Below are positions 47,572 to 61,437 of a stretch of 64,000 bases of DNA, in pieces. The position numbers and the translations under genes are program-made. The number at the start of each line of letters is the position of its first letter. The stretch's first letter is position 1. Under the pieces are notes generated by a model that worked only from the letters and a program-made list of their open reading frames with translations, was not told where the DNA came from and searched no databases. The DNA lies in assembly GCA_012295275.1 (NCBI GenBank), contig CM022668.1, positions 7,006,001-7,070,000 of the forward strand, given 5' to 3'. This stretch comes from Chrysomallon squamiferum. Taxonomy: Eukaryota > Animalia > Mollusca.

Positions 47572-47974
47572 ATATTATAATAAATATAATATAAAATATG
47601 GATTTAATGTTTTTTTTATCAAATTCATAAAAGTAAATTATTTTCTTTCAAACAAGATGGTGCAATTTCCTTGAGTCTTATAATAAACAAAAAAAAATTT
47701 TTTCTTGGATTTCTTTTTTTTATTTAATTTTTTTATTTCTTCTTTATTATAATTATTTTTCATCATTCCTCACCATTTTTTTAAAACTAAATTTATTTAT
47801 TTATTTATAAAGAAAATTGTACCTTAAATGCAGCAACACTGAGTCACCTGGTGAGTGATGACACCCCCACCTCAGTGTGGCTAATACAGATTAACTCACA
47901 CTTGAAAATGAGTTAACTGGGGGACTGTTCACCACAGGTACAGAATCACTGAAATATGTATAAATGTGTGAATA

Positions 47975-48016
<42 letters not shown>

Positions 48017-48189
48017 TGCGAGAGAGATTGTAAGACTATTAGTAGTATACATATACTATATAAGTACATTTATTTGGAAATATTATATAAAATTATAAAT
48101 AGTGTTTTCTTGTGTTTGGAAATATCATATTAAGAAAAATATAAAATAAAATAAGAATAAATAAATAAATAAATAAATAAAACGAGGAC

Positions 48190-48228
<39 letters not shown>

Positions 48229-48853
48229 AAAACCACCACCAATAATACAAACACGTACAAAACAACAAATTTTATTTTGTACAAAACATTTTTTTGAAAC
48301 ATTTTTACTTTCACATATATCCTTCAAATACTTATATACAAAACTTTTACACAGATTAAAATACACGTCAGATTTATTAAAACACATCAGTTCATTACTA
48401 CACAAACCTGTCAACATCAAAAATTAAATATCACCAAACATACATCAGTCTCAGTGTGCATCTGTCATATTCTAATACAATTTACAAACACATCTTTTTC
48501 ACTTTTTCTCTCTTTCTCTGTCCAACACACTCTACCTTTTTCTCCTTTACTCATTCTCTCTCTCAAATACATCTCTCTTTCTCTCTGTCTCTCTCTCACA
48601 CACACACACTATCTTTTTCTCTCTTTCTCTCTTTCTGTCTCTCTCTCACATACATTTATCTCATTCTCTCTCTCTCTTTCTCTATCTTTTCCTCTCTTTC
48701 TCTCTTTTTCTCTCTCTCTCACAAATCTTTTTCTTTCATACATTCATTCTCTCTCTCTCACATACATACACACTATCTTTTTCTTTCTTTTCTCTCATTC
48801 TCTTTCACTCATTCTCTCTCACATGCATTCCTCTTTCTCTCTCTCACATGCAT

Positions 48854-48903
<50 letters not shown>

Positions 48904-49221
48904 TTCTCTCTCTCTCTCTGTCTCTCTCACACATCTTTTTCTTTCATACACTCATTTCTCTCTCTCTCTCCACACACACACACACACTTTTTTCTCTCTC
49001 TCTCACATACATCTCTCTTTTGCTCTGTCTCTCTCACACATCTTTTTTCTTACATACACTCATTTTCTTTCTCTAAATCACACACACTATCTTTTTCTCT
49101 TTCACTCATTTTCTCACACAGAAAGTTCTTTTTCTCTTCCTCTCTCATTCTCTGTCTTACAGACTACCTTCTTCTATTTTACTCATTCTCTCACACAGAA
49201 AGTTTGACACTCTCATTCTCT

Positions 49222-49293
<72 letters not shown>

Positions 49294-49838
49294 CCCCCCA
49301 AGGTTAGCAAAAACATATCACTAAAACTGGGATGTCTTCTGTTGAGACTCTCTTGTCATGTACCTATGTATATTGCCGAAACTAAACTGTTTGAAATGAG
49401 GCAAAAACTGATGTTTGAATCAATTATGTCTTCAAATGGTAACCGTAGACATAAACAAATTCATTCAGTTGATATCGTTACTATCGAAATAGATATTTAT
49501 ATTTTATATAGTTTAAATAAAATTGAGGCCAGAATCAAACACAGTTTGTTCGTAAATTCTAATAAAAATTCGTAACGATTTCATATCAGTTTTATCATTT
49601 TAATCTGCCCCGTTTCCGACTTTCTTATGATATATAATTTAATTGGAAAATGATATTTTTAAAAATGTTATCACATACCTACCTTCTTTCCTCTTTCAAA
49701 TAAAATACCACTTAATAAAAAAAAAAAAATTATTGTTGCTATTATTACCGTAGTGTTTGTTTATATTTCATTTTTATTGTCAGTATATCGTTAAAACGCT
49801 GTTATTATTATCATTATTATTATTATTATTATTATTAT

Positions 49839-49879
<41 letters not shown>

Positions 49880-51016
49880 AACGGATTTAGGAAGTGGCCG
49901 AAAATGTATAACAATGAGATTTACCGAGTTATTCCGAATGAAAAAATGACGTCAACAATTGTCAAACGTCACGGTGGACAGCCATTGTGAAAGTCATGTG
50001 GTTTTCTCTTGCTACAAATTCTTTGTTTTAAGGTATAAAATGATTTTTATTTCCGGAGTAACCTTGATAAATTATAGATTTTATATCGTAGATTAAATTA
50101 AATTAAACAAATATTTCTATCGCATTAACTTAATCCATATAAGATCAAACATGTTTACCACATCAAATCGATCATTGCGTAATCTTGAAGTTTTAAAGAT
50201 AAATAATTATCTATTTATTTTAAGGAATGCAGATACTAATTTGATAATGTGTGTAAAGATAGGAAATATAAGTTTAAAAGTACTAAATGTTTTTCAATTC
50301 ATGAGTCTAAATTGTATGTATGTGTTTATTTTGTATTGTTAGTGTTTATATTTGTTTATGTGTGTATGTATGTGTGTGTTTTGTATTGTTTGTATTTATG
50401 TTTATGTATGTATATATCTGTGTGTTTGTTTTGCATTTTTAGTGTTTATATTTGTTTATGTGTGTATGGATGTATGTGTTTGTTTTGTATTCTTAGTGTT
50501 TATATTTGTTTATGTGTGTATGTATGTATCTGTTTGTTTTCTATTGTTTGTATTTTTGTTTATGTATGTATGTATGTGTGTCTGTAATGTCGCATTGTTA
50601 GTGTTTATATATGTTTATGTATGAATGTATGTATGTATGTATGTATTTTGAATTGTTAGAGTTTATATGTTTATGTATGTATGTATGAATTTTGTATTGT
50701 TAGTGTTTATATATGTTTATGTATGTATGTATGTGTCTGTTTTGTATTGTTAGTGTTTATATATGTTTATGTATTTATGTTTTGTGTCTGTGTTTTGTAT
50801 TGTCAGTGTTAATATATGTTGTATGTATTGTGTTGTATTTTGTATTGTTATATTTATATATGTTTATGTTTGTATATATGTATGTGTGTGTGTCACCATT
50901 TTGTATTGTTAGTGTTTATATATGTTTATGTATGTATGTGTGCATTTTATATTGTTAGTGTTTATATATATATTTATGTATATATGTATGTGTCTGTTTG
51001 TTTTGTGTTGTTAGTT

Positions 51017-51050
<34 letters not shown>

Positions 51051-53343
51051 TGTATGTGTGTGTGTGTTTTTTATTGTTAGAGTTTATATATGTTTATGTT
51101 TGTATGTATGTATGGGTGTGTGTGTTTTGTATTGTTAGTGTTTATATATGTTTCTGTCGGTATGTATTTATGTGTATGTATATGTATGTGTGTATCTATG
51201 TATTTATATCTGTGTGTGTTTTGTATTGTTAGTGTGTATATATGTTTATATATGTATGTATGTATGTATGTATGTGTGTGTCTGCATTTTATATTTTTAG
51301 TGTTTATATATGTTTATGTATGTATGTGTGTTCTTTTTGTATTTTTAGTTTTAATGTGTGTGTCTGTGTGTCTGTGTTTTGTATTATTAGTGTTTATATA
51401 TGTTTATGTATATATGTTAGTATATGTGTGTGTCTGTTTTGTATTGTTAATGTTTATATATGTTTATGTATGTATGTATGTATATGTTTTGTATTGTTAG
51501 CGTTTATATGTTTATTATGTATGTGTATTTTGTATTGTTTGTCTTTGTATATATTTATGTATGTATGTATGTGTGTCTATATTTTATACTGTTAATGTTC
51601 TATATGTTTATGTATGTATGTATTTTGTACTGTTTTTTTATATATGTTCATGTCTGTGTTTTGTATTGTTAACGTATATGTATGTTTATTTATGTGTATC
51701 TGTGTTTTGTATTGTTTGTTTGATATGTGATTATTTTTGTATGTCTGTATGTATGTTCTCTATTGTGTTGTTAGATGTTTTTGTCTCTGTGTGTATGTAT
51801 ATTTTTCTTTGTGTGTCTCTACAGTCTTGTATTAGTAAACATATAGGCACACATAACAGATAACTCATCACACTGATAGATAATTTTACAAGATATTGAT
51901 ATCTACACCTGTAAGTAATTTTTATTTATTACAAAACATCCATTACAAAACTGACCTGTAGAAAATCACATGACCTGACTTCAGCTGTCCACCGAGGTAC
52001 GTTTAAGGTTCATTATTGGAATTTATTTCAAATTTGGTATCTAGATGTTTTCAAATTTTTATTTTCCAATATGCATTAATTTGGTGAACCGTCAAAATTT
52101 GCGTCCAAATTGTTTTTGTTTTTATTTTTATATTTTGACTTGACGCTTCAAAATTTGACTGTTACTGTAGGACTCAAATGCACCTGTATTTTCTTTTTTT
52201 AATTTAACAAAAATTATAGGGATAAAAAGAGTGAACAAAAAGTAAAAATTAACTTTTCTACTTTTTTAAGTAAATAATTAAATAAATAATTCAGTAAATA
52301 AATAAATAATTAAATAATTTAGTATACAAGCTAATAAATAAATCAATTAGTAAATAAGTAAATAAATAAATAAGTGAAACAAAAACAAGTGAATAAAATA
52401 AAATAAGTAAATAATTTATGAATTAATGAAATACATATATTGATGTAAAAAGTAAGAAAATAATTTATCTGTGTTTATCATTTATAAATTTTGTTTATGT
52501 GAAGTAAAATAAATAAATAAATAAGTGAAATAAAAATAAGTGAATAAAAGAAAATAAATAAATAAATAACAAATTAAATAAATAATGTAAAAAGTATAAA
52601 GATAATTTATAAAGAAATACAAATATAGAAATAAATTTTCTCTGTGACATAACATTTATACATTTTATTTATGAGAAGTAAAATAAACAAATAAATAAAT
52701 AAATAAATAAATAAATCAATGAAACAAAAATAAGTGAATGAAAGAAAATAAATAATTAAGAAATTAAATAAATAAAATAATTGATGTAAAAAGAAGATAA
52801 TTTCTGTTTGTCACATAATATTTATAAATTTTATTTCTCAACACTTCTAGTGCTTCTGTTTTTGTTACAATATTTTTTCCTATATGAATTAAAATAAATA
52901 AATAAATAAATAACTATAATATAATAATAATATAATATATTAAATATAATATAAACGTGTGGCTTTAATGTTTGCTATATCAAACGGATAAAAGTAAATT
53001 ATTTTCTTTTAAACAACATGGTGCAATTTCCTTGAGTCTTATAATAAAGACAAAATTTCTTTTTTCTTACAGTTATTTTTTTTATTGAATTTCTTTTTTT
53101 ATTCTTTCATTATTATTTTTTTTTTTCATCATTCCTCACCATTTTTTTTAAAGCTAAATTTATTTATTTATTTATAAAGAAAATTGTACCTTAAATGCAG
53201 CAACATTGAGTCACCTGGTGAGTGATGACACCCCCACCTCAGTGTGGCTAATACAGATTAACTCACACTTGAAAATGAGTTAACTGGGGGACTGTTCACC
53301 ACAGGTACACAATCACTGAAATATGTATAAATGTAAGTGTATG

Positions 53344-53386
<43 letters not shown>

Positions 53387-54465
53387 TAGAGATTGTAAGT
53401 CTATATAAGTACATATATTTGGAAATATTATATAACAATAAAAATAGTGTTTTCTTGTGTTTGGAAATATTGTATTAAGAAAAATATAAAATGAAATAAA
53501 AATAAATAAATAAGTAAGTAAATAAATAAATAGATAAATAAAACGAGAACAAATTAAAATAAAAAAATAATAAAAAAAAAACAACAACAAAAAAGCAAAC
53601 AAACACCAACAATAAGAGAAACACAACAAATTTTATTTTGTACAAAACATTTTTTAAAACACTTTCTTTTTCACATATATCCTTCAAATACTTATATACA
53701 AAACTTTTACACAGATTAAAATACACATCAGATTTATTAAAACACATCAGTTCATTACTACACAAACCTGTCAACATCAAAAATTAAATATCACCCAAAC
53801 ATACATCAGTCTCGGTGTGCGTCTGTCATATTTTAATACAATTAACACAGAAATTATCTTTATCTTTTACTCATTCTCTCTCTCTCACACATCTTTTTTT
53901 TTTACATTCATTCTCTCTCTCATACACACACACTACCTTTTTCTCTTTTACTCATTCTCTCTCTCACATACATCTCACTTTCTCTCTCTCACACTTACAT
54001 CTCTCTCTCTCTCTCTCTCACATCTCTCTCTGTCTCTCTCTCTCACACTCACACTATCTTTTTCTCTCTCTCTCAAACATACATCTCACTTTCTCTCTCT
54101 CTCTCACATCTCTCTCTTTCTCTCTCTCTCTCACTTACATCTCTCTGTCTCTCTCACAAACACACTATCTTTTTCTCTCTTTCTCTCTCTCTCTCACATA
54201 CATCTCTCTCTCTTTCTCTTTCTCTCTCTCTCATATACATCTCTTTCTCTTTCTCTCTCTCTTTCTCTCTCTTTCTCTGTCTCTCTCACACATCTTTTTT
54301 CTTACATACATTCATTCTCTTTCTCTAAATCACACACACTATCTCTTTCTCTTCACTCATTCTCTCACACAGAAAGTTCTTTTTCTCTTGCTCTCTCATT
54401 CTCTGTCTTACAGACTACCTTCTTCTATTTTACTCATTCTCTCTCTCTTTGACACACGCATAAAA

Positions 54466-54543
<78 letters not shown>

Positions 54544-55115
54544 GAGACTCTCTCTGTTGAGACTCTCTTGTCATCTACCTATATACATTGCCGTAACTAG
54601 ACTGCTTGAAATGAGACAAAAACTGATGTTTGAATCAGTTATGTCTTCTAATGGTAACCGTAGACATAAACAAATTCATTCAATTGATATCGTTTCTATC
54701 GAAATAGTTATTTATATTTTATATTGTTTAGAATCAAACTGAGGACAGAATCAATCACAGATTGTCCGTAAATTCTGATAGAAAAATACCAACAAGTTTC
54801 ATTCAGATAAAATTTAGAAACTTTTTGCATATCAGTGTTATCAAAAACACCTTGATGTCATTTTATTCTGCTTTTTTCCCCGTGTTTCTTATGATATATA
54901 ATTTAATTGGAAAATGATATTTTTGAAAATGTTATCACATACCTACCTTCTTTCATCTTTCAAATAAAATACTACTTAAAAAAAAATGTCTTAATTGTTT
55001 TTGTTGTTGCTTTTATTATGGTAGTGTTTGCTTTTATTTTATTTTTATTATCAGTATACTGTTAATACTCTTGTGCTGTTATTATTATTATTAATATTAA
55101 TATTATTATTATTAT

Positions 55116-55152
<37 letters not shown>

Positions 55153-55183
55153 CGTAGTAGTAGTAGTAGTAGTAGTAGTAGTC

Positions 55184-55216
<33 letters not shown>

Positions 55217-58200
55217 AACGGATTTAGGAACTGGCCGAAGATATGTAATAACGAGATTTACCGAGTTATTCCGAATGGCAAAATGACGTCAACAATTGTC
55301 AAACGTCACGGTGGACAGCCATTGTGAATGTCATGTGGTTTTGTCTTGCTAGAAATTCTTTGTTTTAAGGTATAAAATATTTTTATTTCCGCAATAGCCT
55401 TGACAAATTATACATATTATATTGTAGATAAAATTAGTTTAATCAAATATTTCCAACGCATTAAATTAATTTATATACGATCAAACATTTTTACATATCA
55501 AATAGATCATTGCATAATCTTGAAGTTTTAAAGATATATTAATCTTATAAATACCACATTTATTTCTATAAATAAATAATTATCTATTTATTTTAAGGAA
55601 TGCAGATACTAATTTGATAATGTGTGTAATGATAGGAAATATAAGTTTAAACGTACTAAATGTTTTTCAATTCAAGAGTCTAAATTTATAAACACTTTAT
55701 ACATTTTCTTTAGAATATGTATGTATGTGTGTATGTATTTGTGTAAGTGTATGTATTTTTGTTTATGTCTGTGTTAGTGTTACATATGTGTGTTTCCATG
55801 TAAGTGTTTGTGTTTTTTGTGTTGTTTGTATTCATTTATGTGTATCCATGCATGTATTTGTTTTGTATTGTTAGAATTTATGTTTATTTATGTATGTATG
55901 TGTTTGTTTTGTATTGTTAGTGTTTATATTTGTTTATGTGTGTATGTATGTATGTGTGTGTATATGTATGTATCTATGTGTGTGTTTTTTAAAATTAGTG
56001 TTTATATATGTTTATGTATGTATGTGTGTGTGATTTGTATTGTTAGTGTTTATATATGTTTATGTATGTATGTATGTGTGTCTGTTTGTGTGTATGGATG
56101 TATGTGTTTGTTTTGTATTCTTAGTGTTTATATTTGTTTATGTGTGTATGTATGTATGTGTGTGTTTTGTATTGTTTGTATTTATGTTTATGTATGTATC
56201 TATCTGTGTGTTTGTTTTGCATTTTTAGTGTTTATATTTGTTTATGTGTGTATGGATGTATGTGTTTGTTTTGTATTCTTAGTGTTTATATTTGTTTATG
56301 TGTGTATGTATGTATCTGTTTGTTTTCTATTGTTTGTATTTTTGTTTATGTATGTATGTATGTGTGTCTGTAATGTTGCATTGTTAGTGTTTATATATGT
56401 TTATGTATGAATGTATGAATGTATGTATGTATTTTGAATTGTTAAAGTTTATATGTTTATGTATGTATGTATGAATGTATGTATGTATGTATGAATTTTG
56501 TATTGTTAGTGTTTATATATTTGTATGTATGTATGTATGTATGGCTGTGCTTTGTATTGTGTTTATATATATTTATGTATGTATGTATGTATGTATGTAT
56601 GTGTATGTATGTATGTGTGTATGTATATGTGTATGTATGTATGTATGTGTGTGTGTTTTGTATTGTTAGTGTTTATATATGTTTATGTCTGTACATGTGG
56701 GTGTCTGTGTTTTGTATTGTTTGTGCTTATATATGTTTCTGTCTGTATGTATTTATGTGTGTGTGTGTGTCTGTATGTTTTATGTCTGTGTGTGTTTTGT
56801 ATTGTTAGTGTGTTTATATGTTTATATATGTATGTGTGTATGTGTGTGTCGGCATTTTATATTTTTAGTGTTTATATATGTTTGTGTGTGTGTTTCTTGT
56901 ATTTTTAGTGTTTATGTATGCATTTATGTGTGTCTGTGTTTTGTATTGTTATTGTTTATATATGTTTATGTATATATGTTAGTATATGTGTGTCTGTATT
57001 TTGTAATGTTAATGTTTATATATGTTTATTTATGTATGTATGTATATGTTTTGTAGTGTTAGCGTTTATGTCTGTATGTGTATTTTGTATTGTTTGTCTT
57101 TGTATATATTTATGTATGTATGTCTGTCTATATTTTATACTGTTAATATTCTATATGTTTATCTATGTATGTATTTTGTACTTTTTTTTTATATATGTTC
57201 ATGTCTGTGTTTTGTATTGTTAATGTTTATGTATGTTTATTTATGTGTATCTGTGTTTTGTATTGTTTGTGTTGATATGTGATTATTTCTGTATGTCTGT
57301 ATGTATGTTCTGTATTGTGTTGTTAGATGTTTTTGTCTCTGTGTGTATGTATATTTTACTTTGTGTGTCTGTCTATAGTCTTGTATTAGTAAACATATAG
57401 GCACACATAACAGATAACTCATCACATTGATAGATAATTTTACAAGATATTGATATCTACACCTGTAAGTAATTTTTATTTATTACAAAACATCCATTAC
57501 AAAACTGACCTGTAGAAAATCACATGACCTGACTTCAGCTGTCCACCGAGGTACGTATAAGGTTCATTATTGGAATTTACTTCAAATTTGGTATCTAGGC
57601 AACCAATCAAACTTGGCAAACATTTTCAAAATAGTATTTTCCAATATGCATTACTTTGGTGAACTGTCAAAATTTGCGTCCAAATTGTTTTTGTTTTTAT
57701 TTTTATATTTTGACTTGATGCTTCAAAATTTTACTGTTACTGTAGGACTCAAATGCACCTGTATTTTCTTTTTTTAATTTAACAAAAATTATAGGGATAA
57801 AAAGAGTGAACAAAAAGTTAAAATTACCTTTTCTACTTTTTTAAGTAAATAATTAAATAAATAATTCAGTAAATAAATAAATAATTAAATAATTTAGTAT
57901 ACAAGCTAATAAATAAATCAATTAGTAAATAAGTAAATAAATAAATAAGTGAAACAAAAACAAGTGAATAAAATAAAATAAGTAAATAATTTATGAATTA
58001 ATGAAATACATATATTGATGTAAAAAGTAAGAAAATAATTTATCTGTGTTTATCATTTATAAATTTTGTTTATGTGAAGTAAAATAAATAAATAAATAAG
58101 AAATAAAAATAAGTGAATAAAAGAAAATAAATAAATAAATAACAAATTAAATAAATAATGTAAAAAGTATAAAGATAATTTATCTGTTTGTCACATAACA

Positions 58201-58268
58201 TTGATAAATTTTATTTCTCTATATTTCTAATGGTTTTTTAGAAAAGTATTTTCCTGTTTGAAGTAATA

Positions 58269-58299
<31 letters not shown>

Positions 58300-58390
58300 C
58301 AAATTAAAGAAATACAAATATAGAAATAAATTTTCTCTGTGACATAACATTTATACATTTTATTTATGAGAAGTAAAATAAACAAACAAA

Positions 58391-58437
<47 letters not shown>

Positions 58438-59995
58438 ATCAGTGAAACAAAAATAAGTGAATAAAAGAAAATAAATAATTAAGAAATTAAATAAATAAAA
58501 TTATTGATGTAAAAAGAAGATAATTTCTGTTTGTCACATAATATTTATAATTTTTATTTCTCAACAGTTCTAGTGCTTCTGTTTTTGTTACAATATTTTT
58601 TCCTATATGAATTAAAATAAATAAATAACTATAATATAATAATATATAATATATTAAATATAATATAAATGTGTGGCTTTAATGTTTGCTATATCAAATG
58701 GATAAAGGTAAATTATTTTCTTTTAAACAAGATGGTGCAATTTCCTTGAGTCTTATAATAAAGACAAAATTTCTTTTTTCTTACAGTTATTTTTTTTATT
58801 GAATTTCTTTTTTTATTCTTTCATTATTATTATTTTTTTTTTCATCATTCCTCACCATTTTTTTTAAAGCTAAATTTATTTATTTATTTATAAAGAAAAT
58901 TGTACCTTAAATGCAGCAACATTGAGTCACCTGGTGAGTGATGACACCCCCACCTCAGTGTGGCTAATACAGATTAACTCACACTTGAAAATGAGTTAAC
59001 TGGGGGACTGTTCACCACAGGTACACAATCACTGAAATATGTATAAATATGTGAATATCTGTGTGTGTGTGTGTGTGTGCGCAATAGAGATTGTAAGTCT
59101 ATTTGTACATATACTATATATAAGTACATATATTTGGAAATATTATATAACAATAAAAATAGTGTTTTCTTGTGTTTGGAAATATTGTATTAAGAAAAAT
59201 ATAAAATGAAATAAAAATAAATAAATAAGTAAGTAAATAAATAAATAGATAAATAAAATGAGAACAAATTAAAATAAAAAAATAATAAAAAAACAACAAC
59301 AACAAAAAAGCAAACAAACACCAACAATAAGAGAAACACAACAAATTTTATTTTGTACAAAACATTTTTTAAAACATTTTTTTTTTTCACATATATTCTT
59401 CAAATACTTATATACAAAACTTTTACACAGATTAAAATACACGTCAGATTTATTAAAACACATCAGTTCATTACTACACAAACCTGTCAACATCAAAAAT
59501 TAAATATCACCCAAACATACATCAGTCTCAGTGTAAAAGGTCTGTCATTATTTTTTAATACAATTAACACACAAATTATCTTTTCTTTTTACTCTCTTTC
59601 TCTCATTCTCATTCTCTCTCACATACAGTTCACTTCTCTCTCTCTCTCACATCTCTCTCTCTCTCTCTCTCTCTCACACTCACACTATCTTTTTTTCTCT
59701 CTCTCAAACATACATCTCACTTTCTCTCTCTCTCTCTCACATCTCTCTCTTTCTCTCTCTCTCTCACTTACATCTCTCTGTCTCTCTCTCTCACAAACAC
59801 ACTATCTTTTTCTCTCTTTCTCTCTCCCACATACATCTCACTTTCTCTCTCTCTCTCACTTACATCTCTCTCTTTCTCTCTCTCTCTCACTTACATCTCT
59901 CTCTGTCTCTCTCAAACATCTCTTTCTATCTCTCTCTCTTTTTCTCTCTCTCACAAACATACATCTTTTTCTCTTTTTCTCTTTCTCTCTCTCAT

Positions 59996-60030
<35 letters not shown>

Positions 60031-60108
60031 ACATACATCTCTCTCTGTCTCTCTCTCTCTCACAACACACACTATTTTTTTCTCTCTCTCTCTCTCACAT
60101 ACATCTCA

Positions 60109-60142
<34 letters not shown>

Positions 60143-60616
60143 GTCTCTCACAAACATCTCTTTCTATCTCTGTGTCTCTCTCTCCCTCTTTCACACACAC
60201 CCACTATCTTTTTCTCTTTTTCACTCATTCTCTCTCACATGCATTCCTCTTTCTCTCTCTCTCTGTCTCTCTCTCTCTCACATACATCTCTCTCTCTGTC
60301 ACTCTGTTTCTCACACACTATTTTTTTATATCTCTCTCTCTCTCTCTCACATAGATCTCTCTCTCTTTCTCTCTGTCTCTCTCTCTCACATACATCTCTC
60401 TCTTTCTCTCTCTCTCACATACATCTCTTTCTCTTTCTCTTTCTCTCTCTCTTTCTCTTTCTCTGTCTCTCTCACACATCTTTTTTCTTTCATACATTCA
60501 TTCTTTTGCTAAATCACACACACTGTCTTTTTCTCTCTTTCACTCATTCTCTCTATTACAGACTACCTTCTTCTATTTTACTCATTCTCTCTCTCTCTTT
60601 GACACACACATAAAAA

Positions 60617-60694
<78 letters not shown>

Positions 60695-61395
60695 GAGACT
60701 CTCTTGTCATCTACCTATATACATTGCCGTAACTAGACTGCTTGAAATGAGACAAAAACTGATGTTTGAATCAGTTATGTCTTCAAATGGTAACCGTAGA
60801 CATAAACAAATTCATTCAGTTGATATCGTTTCTATCGAAATAGTTATTTATATTTTATATTGTTTAAATAAAACATTTGTATATAAAAAAAGAAGAAAAT
60901 CATCAATTTCAATACGAGGCGTTTGCCTTATTTGCCTCAGTGAATCAAACTGAGGACAGAATCAATCACAGTTTTTTCCTCAGCGAATCAAACTGAGGAC
61001 AGAATCAATCATAGTTTTTGCCTCAGCAAATCAAACTGAGGACAGAATCAATCACAGTTTGTCCGTAAATTCTGATAGAAAAATACCAACAAGTTTCATT
61101 CAGATAAAATTGAGAAACTTTTTGCATATCAGTTTTATCAAAGACACCTTGATGTCATTTTAATCTGCTTTTTTCCCATCTTTCTTCTGATATATAATTT
61201 AATTGGAAAATGATATTTTTGAAAATATTATCACATACCTACCTTCTTTCATCTTTCAAATAAAATACTACTTAAAAAAAATGTCTTAATTGTTTTTGTT
61301 GTTGCTTTTATTATGGTAGTGTTTGCTTTTATTTTATTTTTATTATCAGTATACTGTTAATACTCTTGTGCTGTTATTATTATTATTATTATTAT

Positions 61396-61437
<42 letters not shown>

